A stretch of DNA of 64,000 nt from Diplonema japonicum (taxonomy: Eukaryota; Protista; Euglenozoa: Diplonemea): the NCBI GenBank assembly GCA_964019335.1, contig OZ025666.1, positions 62,001-126,000 on the forward strand. Direction: 5' to 3'. The translations under genes were made by a program, and so were the position numbers. Below the pieces are notes generated by a model. That model did no database searches. It was not told the origin of the DNA and worked only from the letters and a program-made list of their open reading frames with translations. Below are positions 32,169 to 44,150 of the stretch, piece after piece; position 1 is the first letter of the stretch; every line of letters begins with the position of its first letter.

Positions 32169-34238
32169 ATGTTGTCGAGCATTATAATGTGTTGCATGAT
32201 GCTGGCAGGGAACGAGATTGCCAGGCAGTACAAATTGGATGATTTAGTAATGCAAGGTGAAGCAGAAGGGGATAGGATACTGAGTGATGAGATTGAGAAC
32301 AAGGAAATGCTGCGTCTGGTAAGGACGGTGGACTGGCTGCGAGAGCAAGGTGTGGGGCTGCACAACGTGCATCCTGCGTTGCTTGAGACCAAACACGTTA
32401 TAGGTGAGCACGGTGGCATGATCGCTGCTGGTGACATTCATGCTGGGGACGTAATCCTCAGCGTACCTGAAGGGCTTCTCCTTACCTATGAGGCTGCTCA
32501 GCTGCGTCTCCCAGCCGCTCTCGTCCCTCTCACGTCTGAGGCCAAGTTCACACACTCCGACATGATCCGCCTGCTCCTCATGTGGGAGGCCTCACAGCCT
32601 GGCTCTAGATACGCCACCTGGTTGGGTACCCAACAACTGCCTGACCCGTTCAGCACAACTCCTCACCCCACTCCCAACACGCTCCTCCTCTCCTCGAATG
32701 AAGTCGTGTCTTGGAACAGACAAAACTGGTTCTCGCAGCTCGAGAAGCTTCGTTCCCTAACCAGCGCCTTTGGGTGGCTAGCCGACGAGGAGCTGGCAAT
32801 GAAAGCTTTTTACATGTTCGACAAATACGGGAAGAAGATCACATCAAAGAAGAGTGTGCCCATCCTCGTCCCCGGCACTGAGGTCTTTCAAATGCGCTAC
32901 GGGCAGACCGCGTGGATGGTGCACGCCGACAGGGTGCGTTTGTATGCTGTGCGAGAGATTAAGCAGGGCAGCCAGGTGTTCATCGATGGCGTGCTGAATA
33001 AGAAGTCTATGTTCGCAAGACTGGACATCCCCCCGGGGTTTAACTCTGCGTGGATGGCAATACTTGTGCTGGACACACCGCCGCCAGTTCGCACAGACAG
33101 CGACGAGGCCTGGTTCTACGGCACAGCAGCCGTCCCAAGGACGACAGTGTCCAACAAAAAGTGGCATTACTCTTTATCTTTGACTCAGCCCCCTTCGGAG
33201 CTTTTGAACAACTTCCGCATGAATGTCAAGAAGCGTGTCGAAACCGGTGCGCTGACAGCACACGAAGGAGAGATCCACACCCTCACAGCGGCCATCGATG
33301 TCATCAAAGCTGCGTACGAGGAAGCAGGCGGCGACCGCAGGCTACACGAGGACAGGATATGGTTGGCATTACACAGAACAGACAGGCAAGTCAGGCTGAT
33401 GCGCCTCGTTCACCACCAGCAGAGAGCAGTGCTGAAGCACAACTTAGTACTGCTGACGATGATTAGGACTCATCTCATGGAGGAAGCATCCCTCACGCAG
33501 AGGATAGGAGAAGTACGCAGCGGTCTTGCATCACATGTGAAGCACCAGTACTACAAGACGCTGTACGGGCTGTCGGTGGTTGTGATGCGCTTGCACAGGC
33601 TCAACATCTTGAGAGAAAGCAACGGGATGCGCGCACTGCGTCTTCCCCGTGGCCACCTCGGGAGGGCATTCGAGGAGGATGTGCTAAACGACCTCAGTGG
33701 GATGGGCGCACTAAGGGCTGAGGGCGTGCTCAAGCTAGCACAGAAGGCGACCAAAGCGTCTGTCACCGCCATGATGGAGGCCTTGAGATCTGACGTGTTG
33801 TGGCTTGTGTCGAGGGGCATCACCTCGCAGGATCATTCCCTTATTGACCAGCTGCTTGAGCTGGGCCCCACCGTCATCGATCCGAACTCACTTGTAGCCA
33901 CAATATTCACTCACAGGAGGACGGCACAGCTGTATGGGTTTCGGTTGCTGCACGCAGCGGTGCAGGAAGGCGACCCTCAAGTGATCCGAACCTTGCTGTT
34001 CCACGGTGCTTCAACAAAGTCGCGAACAGCACTCCCGGGCAACCAGGAGGGGAACGTCCCCTTGTATTATGTGGTATGTTGTGAAGAAGTTATACTGTAA
34101 AGTGAAACACAGAACATGCCGCGGCTCAGCTCTGTAGGGTCTCTCGAGGCCATGCAGCTGCTGTTGGATGCTGATGCTGCGCTGGACGCAGTGAACACCA
34201 CCGGGTACGTGGTGCTAAGCGACATCGTGAAGAAGTGA
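32169..34238 (+). CDS. Degenerate SET-domain (Rubisco-LSMT-like) protein with C-terminal ankyrin repeats; exons 32169-34073, 34113-34238
   Basis: GGMIAAGDIHAGDVILSVPEGLLLT, RLYAVREIKQGSQVFI, LLHAAVQEGDPQVIRTLLFHGA; 39-nt intron. Confidence 0.75.
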
Positions 34239-34309
34239 TTATAGACTTTATTATAAATAGCTACGTTTGTAGCTTCACCTTCACAGGTCCCTCGAGGCTC
34301 GAGGGAGAC

Positions 34310-34816
34310 ATGTCGTCGGATAGCAAAGATGAAGGGGTGGTGCACGAACAGTTCGAGAAGATTAAGGTGCAGCGTGCAGAGCTGGCGGATAAGGATATAA
34401 AGATGAACAAGATGCACCATATGCTATCGCTGCAGGGGAAACAGTTGGAGGCAATGGAGAAAAGACGAAAGCGGGAAGAAGAGTTGCTGTCCCTCAACAT
34501 AGAACAGCCAGTGAATATCGATGAGCTGAAGAGCGCGGTTGGAATCTTTCAAATAACATTAAAGGAACGCGAGGACCGGATTACGAACCTGACGAGCGAT
34601 TTGAAGAAATCCTTCGATGAAAATAGCAGAATAAACAGCCGGGTGCATGATTTGTCACTGAAGCTAGAAGAGGTACTGCTTTTATTTTGAAACCCGCAAC
34701 ACCCCACACAGCTTGAGGGCATCTCGTCATCCAAGTCCATCGACCCCCCTCGCGACAGCGCAACTGAAAGTTCTGTTGTAGAAGTCTCAAATAATATATT
34801 ATGTTGCCTTATGTAG
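34310..34816 (+). CDS. Small coiled-coil protein ending in a CaaX motif; exons 34310-34672, 34712-34816
   Basis: Removing the 39-nt intron gives the C-terminus ...NNILCCLM*. Confidence 0.7.
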
Positions 34817-34970
34817 AACAATCTTTCTAAGCCGGAAAAAATGGTTTTGTGTTTAAATGCGGAGTTGTCCCGTAGAGAGATGAAGGAGGAGAGGGAGGGT
34901 GGGGAAGGGGAAAGAAGGGAAAGAGAAGAAAAAAAAAAGAGGGGGAAAAATGTATCCGTATTTCTTTTTT

Positions 34971-35005
<35 letters not shown>

Positions 35006-35075
35006 AGTAAAGTGTGGAAGTTATGGTTTTTTTTCTTTTTTTTTCTTTGTTCTTCTTTTCTTTCTTCTTCTGTTT

Positions 35076-35111
<36 letters not shown>

Positions 35112-35256
35112 GTTTCTTTCTTCTTTTTCCTTATCCTTCCCCCCGTCCCCCTTTTTCCCTTACTGTCCCCTTTCGAACATACTCCACTCACACATTTCCC
35201 CTTTTCTTCTTTTTTTTTTCTCTTCTTCTTCTGTTGTTGATGACTTCACTAGGGCG

Positions 35257-38200
35257 ATGAAGGGGTGGGTGACCCCTGATGGAATGATGGGGAGCCCTGT
35301 GTCATCCCCAGGGGGATGGCAAGGAAGCCCGCAAGGCATCTTCAGACCTGAAGTTGAGGAGGTCAGCCTTACACAAAGTATGCTGCATGGCATGGAGGGT
35401 AGGTCTGTGAGCCCAGAGCTAATTGGCAGTGTGAGCGATCTGTCCACTGTGACCGTGCAAGGTAACGTTGCAGGTCGCATAGCAAAACTGGAGGCAATGA
35501 TGTCAGAGCTGGTTCACCGGCCTGATGAGAGTATCCTGCAGCTTGCACAGGATGTCAGAACGTTGAAGGAGTCGATGACTGCACCTGTGCCTGCACAAAC
35601 ACCTACAACACCCAAATCCGTGCGTCTCGTCCCCCCGGGTGCCTTCTCTCTGTCCTCGACCGACCTCACTGCCATGCATGTCATCGAGTTCCACCACCTC
35701 ACTCTCTACCAGGTCACGCCTGCCGTCGCCCGTATCCGCATTGCCTCCAACGCCACCCTCCGTGTCACGCACAGCATCGTCTCTTTCCTCCATCATGACG
35801 GCCGCCTTGTCTGTGAAGCTGCGATCTCGCACATACTTGGCGTGGAGCTTCGCGGGACATCGTGCTTCCTCCAGGTTGTGAACGGGCCTGCAGTCGAGAT
35901 GTCAGGGCAGCCAGAGGTCATCAGCACCGTAGCGAAGATCATGGAACACAAGATATCCCTCGACAAGAACTACGTCTCTCCGCCAGCCACCCCTGCCCTC
36001 TCGGAGACACCGCCCCCGCCTGTCACCACACCTAGGTCCAACATCAAGTCCCAGTACATTGCACATCACGACCAGCCCCCCCCTCTCCCTCTCCCACTTC
36101 CGAATACCTCATACTCGTCTCCACCAGGCACACCCAGAGAGGCTATGCAGTTCACACCGGGAAACAGCTACACCCCGGTGACGCCCCTCTCTGCCCCTTT
36201 CTCTGCAGTTCCTTCTATGCGCTCTATTGCGCACTCCGATCCATCTGCAGTGCAATCTGTAGCAGGCTCCATTGCAGGCTTCAGTACGGCACCATCCGGT
36301 GCTGGGTCCATGGCTGGGTCCATGGGAGCTTCTTCGTACAAGAGTGCTGTCTTTTCGCAGTACGAGGACGAAGTAGAAAAGGCACGGCAGCGCGAGCTCA
36401 AACGGCAGCGTGAGAGAGAAGCCGAGCGTGAGAGGTTCAAAGAACGTGAAAGGGAGCGGCGTGAGCTGCGCGAGAAGGAACTGCAACAGGAACAAGCCAT
36501 CGAGGTGCAACGGCGGAAGGAACACGAACGAGACGTGCAGCAGAAAAAAGAACGGGAAAAACAACGTGACGAGCGGCTTGAAGACCAGCTTAGAGTGGTC
36601 GCCGAGAAAGCACGTCTTTTGGACTTGCAGAGGCAGGAGGAAGCCAATGCTGTGAAATTGAAGCAGATCGAGTTGACCAAGTTCTCCATGCAGGTGAAGG
36701 AACGGGAAACAGAGCGATTGCTGCTAGCAGAGGTGTCGAACAGCAGGGGAAAGATCGAACGGGAGCAGCGTGAGAAACGGCTTGTCGAAGAGGAGCTCAC
36801 AGAGCAGAAATACAAAGCAGAGAGAGAGAGGCTTCAGGCTCTGGTGATGAGACGGCAGCATGTCTCAGAGACATCATTACACAGAGTGGAAGAGAAGAAA
36901 CGGCAACGGCAGGCGCAGCGTGAAAGGGAACGAGAAGACTTCCAACGTGAGACCAGACAGGTGGCTCTGGCGGTGAAAGCAGAATCAGAGAGCAGGTTAA
37001 AACAACTTTCGAGGCTGCAAAACCTGAAGGCGGAAGAGGAAAACAAGCGGCTGGAGGAGAAGGCAAGACTGCTGTCTGCAAAGATAGCAGAAGAGGAACG
37101 ACGTCTGCTGGTATGCTGCACTTGGCACTTGCAAACACTGCTAACAGGAAGCCAAAGAGTCGGCTGCTTCTGTGGAAAGGAAGAGGGTGCAAGAAGAAGA
37201 GCTTATGCGGGTATGTAAAACAGCAAAAGAAGAAAAAAAAAACCCTTGTAACAGGCCGAACGAATGAAACGGGAGAACGAGGCCAAAACCCATGAAGACA
37301 AACTGCGCAAGGAAGCTGAGGATGCAAAGCGGAAAGTACACGAGCTTAAAGCTAAAGCGCAACAAGAAGCAGATCTCGAGAAAAAGCTCCTCGCAGAGCA
37401 GGCCGAGAACGCGCAGCGCATTCACGAGGAGCAACTTAAAAAAGAACAGGAAGCAGCAAAAAAGAAGGCGCAAGAGGAAAAAGCAGAAGAAGCAAAGAAA
37501 AAAGCAGAACATGCTAAACAGGCAGAAGAAGCGAAGGCACAACGGGAACAAGAGGCAAAAGCGGCAGAAGCAGAGGTGACAAAAAAGGCGGCAGAAGCTA
37601 AGGCTGTTGAAGAGGCAAAGCAAGCAGAGATGACGAAGAAGGCGGAAGAGGCGAAGAAAGCGGAAGAAGAGAAGAAAGTTGAAGAATCCAGAAAGGCTGA
37701 AGAAGCAAAGAAAGCAGAAGAGACAAGGAAAGCGGAAGCAGCAAAGAAAGCAGAAGAAGCAAAGAAAGCAGAAGAAGCAAAGAAAGCAGAGGAAGCAAAG
37801 AAAGCAGAGGAAAACAAAAAAGCAGAAGCAGCCAAAAAAGCCGCCGAAGAGGCTGAGAAAGCAGAAGAAGCTAAAAAAGCCGAAGAGGCTAAGAAAGCGG
37901 AAGAAGCTAAAAAAGCGGAAAAGGCAGCAGCAAAAACAGTCAAGGTGGTGGCACCCAAGAAAGACCCAAAGCCAGAAGCGAGTGAAGAAGAAGTGGCAAA
38001 AGCACTGACAAAAGAGGGCGGATGGCGCAAGAAGGAGGATAAGGAAGGGAGGTTTTATTATACCAATAAAAAGCTGGGTGAAAGCACGCGGAACCTAGCA
38101 GCGTTCCTCGCGGCGTCCCCTGCTGGGACCCCTGCAGCGGCCCCCAAAAAGGGTAAAACGGATTGGGCTGCCAAGGCGGAAGAAGCCCTTGCTTCAGGTG

Positions 38201-38368
38201 AATGGAAAATGAAGGTATCAGCAACACATTAAAGAAGTTTTTTTTTCTCACACGCACACACAGACTAACAAAGAGGGGGTCGTCTATTACGTGCACAAGA
38301 AAACAAAAGCGAGAGCGTGGGACCTGAAGAAAGAGCTCAAGAAGCAAGCCAAGGAAGCATCCAATTAG
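35257..38368 (+). CDS. Large protein with PH-like segment, long charged coiled coil/KAEEAK repeats and two WW-like domains; exons 35257-37110, 37148-37210, 37255-38214, 38264-38368
   Basis: Three introns (37, 44, 49 nt) join separate ORFs in frame; GGWRKKEDKEGRFYYTNKK and GEWKMKTNKEGVVYYVHKKTKARAWD. Confidence 0.8.
37640..37925 (+). repeat. 18-nt coding repeat (KKAEEA)n
   Basis: aagaaagcagaagaagca-type units in tandem. Confidence 0.85.
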
Positions 38369-38475
38369 TTACGTTCGTGTTACATACTTAGCACTGTACT
38401 GCTTAGATAGAATAGATCCGAAGTAGTTTCTGTCCTATTTACAATATTGAACGAGAAATAGTAAAATAGGCAAAG

Positions 38476-40077
38476 ATGGCGCATATGTGGGGAGACGTGG
38501 AGAGGGGCATGGAGACCCGCAGGGAGGAGATGGACAGACAGCGAATAGCAAAACTGGAGAAGGAGAACGCTGAGAAGGACCAGAAGATCGAGTCGTTAGA
38601 GAAAAACACGGAAAAAATGCGCAGAGAGCTGCAGGAGATGCAAAAGCTCGAAGAGGATATTATTCGGGAACGGTCGAAGAGCACGGCACTAGAGGCGAAG
38701 ATGCGGAGGAGCGAAGCACGTGCGGAATCTGTTGAGGCAGAGCTCTCGATGCAGGAGACAGCGGTAGCAGAGCTGTCAAACCTGCGCAACAAACTGCGCT
38801 CCATGGAACAGCAAACATCATACATCAAGGAACAGATGCAAATCGAGGCACTCAAAGCCTCTGAGAAGGAGAACCTTGCGAACACTGCACAGCAACGACT
38901 ACAAGAACAGGCCACAGAGAAGGCTCACGTCGAGCGAAATTTAGCTGCCGCACGGAGGGAAGCCGACACCGCCAAAGCTGAAGCCATGAAACTAAAAGCC
39001 AGCCTCGAAGGGGTGTCTTCTCGCACTGACCTCCTTTTGCAGTCTGCCACCACCGATGCTGAAGAGCTCCGCAGCCGGGCAAAGGACCTCGAGAACAGAG
39101 TCTGCCAGTATGACGTCATCCAGAGATCCTTCGAGGAGGCTGACGAGGACCGTGAGACCGCCAACAGCCGCGCACGCGAGCTAGCACGCCTCCTCGCGGT
39201 GGAAAAAACACAAAAAGGCACTCTTGAGTCCCTTGTGAACCACCAGAACAAGGTTATCTACGATATGAAAAAGGAGCTGGGTGATCTGAAGGAAGCCGCC
39301 AGGATATTGGCAACAGAACAAGAGCAGTCGAATCTGTCCCTGCTGATGGTCAGAACGGGGTACTCCGACTCGCAAGGAAACGGGCTGGATGCAGTCAAGA
39401 AGCAATACCTTCTCGAAAAGCGTGAGCACCACCTGCTGAAGATGGAGCACGAGAAGGCAGTGATCGAACTGAACGCCCTGAAGACAGGCATGACTGTGAA
39501 AAAGGAGTTCGAGAAGATGCAGGAAGCCCTGAAGTCAGTCCCGTCACCATTGGAGCCAAAGTATAAAACACCAGCACCGCCAAAGCCGCAGCAGGTGACG
39601 CCCGTGTGGGATTTCGCAGAGACGACACAGCAGGTGACACACATCCAACAAACAGTGGAGGTGGAGCGCCCTGTGGAAAAGCTGCTGCGGTCGCCTCCAC
39701 CTGCTTCGCACCCGTCGTTCGAAGGGGTCCTTAAGGTAAAGGACCCGGCACACCCGGCAGCACCTAAAAATTTACACTCGTTTCTACACCCTAATACAGG
39801 AGGGCTGAAAGGAAAAGGGTGGCCTGTGGTGACTCCACCACCGACCGTGCGGCTCACACCGCAGGGACAGGTCAGCCAGGGTGGCGTCAGCAACGACGAG
39901 ATCTCCTCCACAGCCTCGTCTGCTGACGGTTGGAAGAAATGGTCGGACCCGAACAAGGACGCCAAAGACAAAGACTCCCAGAAGTCTCATTCACCGGCAG
40001 TTTCACGCTTGGACGCAGAGAGGAATGTGTTCGAGACCAGCAGCATCGGCTGGGTGCTGGAGCGCCCTTCGTCATAA
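38476..40077 (+). CDS. Coiled-coil protein with Pro-rich C-terminus
   Basis: 533-aa ORF, heptad-rich. Confidence 0.8.
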   Translation: MAHMWGDVERGMETRREEMDRQRIAKLEKENAEKDQKIESLEKNTEKMRRELQEMQKLEEDIIRERSKSTALEAKMRRSEARAESVEAELSMQETAVAELSNLRNKLRSMEQQTSYIKEQMQIEALKASEKENLANTAQQRLQEQATEKAHVERNLAAARREADTAKAEAMKLKASLEGVSSRTDLLLQSATTDAEELRSRAKDLENRVCQYDVIQRSFEEADEDRETANSRARELARLLAVEKTQKGTLESLVNHQNKVIYDMKKELGDLKEAARILATEQEQSNLSLLMVRTGYSDSQGNGLDAVKKQYLLEKREHHLLKMEHEKAVIELNALKTGMTVKKEFEKMQEALKSVPSPLEPKYKTPAPPKPQQVTPVWDFAETTQQVTHIQQTVEVERPVEKLLRSPPPASHPSFEGVLKVKDPAHPAAPKNLHSFLHPNTGGLKGKGWPVVTPPPTVRLTPQGQVSQGGVSNDEISSTASSADGWKKWSDPNKDAKDKDSQKSHSPAVSRLDAERNVFETSSIGWVLERPSS

Positions 40078-40169
40078 GACGTGGAGATTTTTTTTTTGTT
40101 GTACTTTGTAATTTCACAATTAATCTATCACACCCCAATAAAACACCATGACAGGAAGGGTAAGGCGCC

Positions 40170-40954
40170 ATGTTAAGCGTAGTGCGGAGGACAAATGTGG
40201 CTGTGGCGAAGCAACAAAGCACGCCGGCAGTGAGCAAGCAGGTTCGGTGCGCGACTAGGGTCGGTTTTTGGAAGAAACGGAGAAATTTAAGAAACCCGCA
40301 CACGAGGATCAGGCGGCCGGCCATGACACAAGAGGACACGAGGGCGCAATCGTTTTACATGTACGTCGTCCACTGGAACGTAGAGCTGAAGAAATGGAGG
40401 AAACAGTTCGAAGACATGAAGATGCACAAGGTGACGGACTACGAGACCCTCAACCAGTCTGTGCCGCTTGGCCGTGCAGACAAAGTGGTGCGTGCCATCA
40501 GGATGCACCAGCTCGGTGTCTCTCCTTTGGACGACCATAAACTAACCATGCGAGACAACCCTTTCATGAAGGGGTCCTCCTCATGGATGTTTGCAACGGA
40601 GACCCAGCAGGGCGAAAAAGATAGAGGTAAGCTGTGGGCGATTATGCAGCAAGGCAAAACTATGGACGAAGCCCGCAAAGTCAAAGCCGATATGCGAGCA
40701 AAATACCGAGCTGAAAAAACTAAAAACAAAGAAGGCAATTTCGCAAAGTTGATAGACTGGAAGATGAAGGGTGAGCTGGGTACCCACTACGATGAGATGA
40801 AGAAGGTAAGAAGTTAATTTATACCAAGACTCACTCACAGCTCACCTCGATTGGAGATGGGGACAATTCTGGTGCTGCACAAGTCGCCACGAAGCCAAGG
40901 AGGGCAATGCGGTTCTTTGACTACGACCTTGATTCCTCCCAGTATGCTTGTTGA
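40170..40954 (+). CDS. Basic protein with a probable mitochondrial presequence; exons 40170-40805, 40841-40954
   Basis: MLSVVRRT...QVRCA presequence-like; 35-nt GTAAG..ACAG intron. Confidence 0.7.
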
Positions 40955-41088
40955 ATATCAGCAAACTGCCACAGCAAAAAAACCTACTCTGAACCGAAAG
41001 ACAATATTAGCAGCAAAGGATTTCACTTGATAGTTGACAACCAGCGAACACAGGTATTTCTAGAACAATTATTCCTAAAGATGAAAAG

Positions 41089-41170
41089 TGACAAGAGTGG
41101 GGTTTGAACCCACGCCCCCGAAGAGACTACGACCTGAACGTAGCGCCTTAGACCGCTCGGCCATCTTGCC
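41089..41170 (-). tRNA. tRNA-Leu(CAG)
   Basis: GGCAAGATGGCCGAGCGGTCTAAGGCG CTACG-TT-CAG-GT-CGTAG, long variable arm, GTGGGTTCAAACCCCAC TCTTGTCA, followed by TTTT. Confidence 0.95.
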
Positions 41171-41172
41171 CT

Positions 41173-41543
41173 AAATTTTGGGCTTAATAATAAAATAATA
41201 ATAATTATTCCACTACCAGGCGGGGGGGGATGGGGGGCGGAGAAAGTTGAAACCATAAAAATTGGGAAGGGAAGGTTAAAACAGTCTCTCTTACTGAGCC
41301 ATATCGGGGGGGACCTCTTGCTCGTTTGCTCGACCTCTTGTATATTTTCCTGGGCCCCCGACATCCACCTTTCTTATTTTTTCCCCATTCCCCCGCCACG
41401 CAGCTCTTGGGCCTCGAAGGCTTCGGCTGTCACCAAATAAAGACAACCCCAAATATTAAAGGACGGCGATGAGATCCCTAATTTTGATTTATCCAGCCAC
41501 AGGGACCCCACCATCTGCTGGTTTTGTTGGGCTGTGGGAGCCT
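41173..41543. repeat. ~370-bp direct repeat, copy 1
   Basis: Near-identical to 43298-43667; begins with TTTTGGGCT(AAT)n. Confidence 0.9.
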
Positions 41544-42811
41544 AAAATATAAATTTGAAAAGGAAATGTAAAAGGAAAAGTCAAGTTCAGAACTCAACTT
41601 CCACAAAGAAGGGAGGAATGCATAACTAGAAAAGGAGCCTGGTAGGGAAAATAAAAAGAAAGGGAAACCAATGGGGGAGGGGGAAAAAAGAATTACTGGT
41701 TACTATTTCTAAAAAAAAAAAAACCCCCCCTTCTCAGCTGCGAAAGATGTTTTTCCAACGAGACTCCCTATCGCGTAATGACGCGGGCGCACCAGGTAGG
41801 CCGGCGAGTGCTGTGGAGTCAATCGTCAGCGGGGAGGAAGAGGTTGTGAGAGGCGAAGTAGAGGAGGGGGACACGTTGGCAGATAACCCACCGGCCTTGG
41901 GCTTTCCCCGTGTGCGACAGGTCACACAATGGTGTTCCTTACACCCCTATGCGGTTCTGCCTGCCTACCCACCAGAAGTCGGACCTTCACCGAGAGACTG
42001 TGTCACACAATGGACTTACATCCCTTGAGGTGGTCCACCGTACTTGACGCCTCCGCTCCGCTTCTCTCTCCGCGGGAACCCAGCCTACAACTCTGGTGGC
42101 TGGAGGACCCACTTTGAAACCGAACCCCTCACGTGGAAAACACTGTTGCGCACTCTGGACATTTTGCATTAATCTTGTTTTCTGTCGGCAAACAGTGCTC
42201 CCCACGCTCAGGCCACTTCGCTCGGGCGTTCAGGTCAGCTTCCCCAGGAAAACCATCAAACGGCGTCTCCGGATCCGGTCCTCGTTCTGGCGTGCAGGAG
42301 GCTTCCCCAGGGGATGCCATCCAACACGGCGCTCCGGCTCCGGCCCTCGGCCGCCCAACGCAACACCGTTCCCCTGCTCCTCCTCTCGAGCTGCCTCTCA
42401 GCCGCGCAACCTTCACCACCTGCGCGTTGCCCAGGGACCACCACCGTGGAGGTGGGCAGCCACCACACACACCGCGTTCGTCTACATGTTCATGTGTGTG
42501 TGTAATCGGACCCCTTTTTTTTTAAAAAGAGGCCCGGAGGCCTCCCCCGTTTGTCCCTTTACCTTTACATTACGACTCACTGGTACTGGCACTGGTCTCT
42601 TGACATCCCCGCCCTTTGGTGCTGTTCGCCAGTGAGTATCAGGAACTACAGGTTAGTTTGTTGGTTTTATGCAAGTGGCCACCACTTTCCAACTTGGTGG
42701 AGTTGTTGGGTTTGGGGATCCCTCCACCGGCGGTCCAGGTTCAAGTTCCAGATGGTGGAACTTTTCGTCCGGTCAGCCAACCCGACAGGTAGAGGATGAT
42801 ATGCTAATACT

Positions 42812-42887
42812 AGCGCTGACGCGGAATCGAACCAGGAACCTAACTAACGGTTAGTGGAGGTCCTAACCGCTAGTGCGAACTCGCCGC
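42812..42887 (-). other. tRNA-like (pseudo-tRNA or SINE head) sequence
   Basis: A-box-like CTAGCGGTTAGG and B box GGTTCGATTCC at tRNA spacing; acceptor and anticodon arms defective. Confidence 0.5.
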
Positions 42888-43297
42888 TTTGGGCTTTTTT
42901 TTTTTTTTTTTTTTCAAAATACCAATGCAGGGCCGCCATGGAGAGCAACACCTGAGAAAAGGGAAAAAAAAGGTGAAGGGAAACCATGGGGAAATAGGGA
43001 GGGCAAAGGACCAGGCTGAGCCCTGGTCCCCCACCAACCCGTGCTCTGCTTTGGGACAGCCGAAGAGGGCTGAATTACATTATTCCCTCAGTCAAGTGAG
43101 AGAAAAACGGGGGCCTACCTTCCAGCTGGATGTCCTTCTTTGGCTGGAACCTCCGGCGGAAAGCCCCCCAGGGAGGTATTGCTCCTATTGAGCGAATCAT
43201 TGGTGAGTGTGAAAATAAAAAAAAAAGGGGAAATGGGAAACAGTGAGAGGAAGGTGAAGGAAGGGAAAGGAAGGGAAAGGAAAGTGGAAAACACACG

Positions 43298-43667
43298 AAA
43301 TTTTGGGCTGAATAATAATAATTATTATTATTCCACTACCAGGCGGGGGGGATGGGGGGCGGAGAAAGTTGAAACCATAAAAATTGGGAAGGGAAGGTTA
43401 ATAACAGTCTCTCTTACTGAGCCATATCGGGGGGGACCTCTTGCTCGTTTGCTCGACCTCTTGTATATTTTCCTGGGGCCCCCGACATCCACCTTTCTTA
43501 TTTTTTCCCCATTCCCCCGCCACGCAGCTCTTGGGCCTCGAAGGCTTCGGCTGTCACCAAATAAAGACAACCCCAAATATTAAAGGACGGCGTTGAGATC
43601 CCTAATTTTGATTTATCCAGCCACAGGGACCCCACCATCTGCTGGTTTTGTTGGGCTGTGGGAGCCT
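43298..43667. repeat. ~370-bp direct repeat, copy 2
   Basis: Near-identical to 41173-41543; terminal motifs recur at ~43677-43706 and 44044-44066. Confidence 0.9.
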
Positions 43668-44150
43668 TTTGAGCCATTTTGGGCTGAATAATAATAATAA
43701 TAATAAATGTACCACTGTCGTGCGAAGCTAAAGGCTGGGGGGGAGGGATAGGGCAGGCCTGAAGGGCCTCCTGCAAGTGAAAGGGGGAACAAGAGGGGTT
43801 GACAAAATTTTTGTAAAAGTTTAAAGAAAACCCTCCCACAACTATCCATACGTACCGAGGCGGGAGGTGGGCAGGCCCGGGGGCTCCCAGCGTTCGCAAC
43901 TGTGCCCACCTTCAACGTCCCTCGGCATCTCACCAGCCCGCATCGCACAACAGCACCCTTTGGCCGAACCTCCGGGATTTCAAGGGGTGGGGTACCTCGT
44001 CAGTGCTCGTAGGCACACCGGCACGGAGGCATCCCCTTCAGCCGGTTTTGTTGGGCTGTGGAGCCTTTGCAGCCCTCTCAGATTCATATTCCATACTTGC
44101 AATACTCCAGTCTTTTACAGTTTGGAAGGGGAAAACATTAAAAAAAATAA

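Noticed and set aside
34899-35256. Phe- or Lys-rich ORFs and N-terminal extensions here and at 46905-47474, 49016-50851, 56257-56806
   Set aside because: Translations of poly-T/poly-A spacers; homopolymer lengths may also be sequencing artefacts
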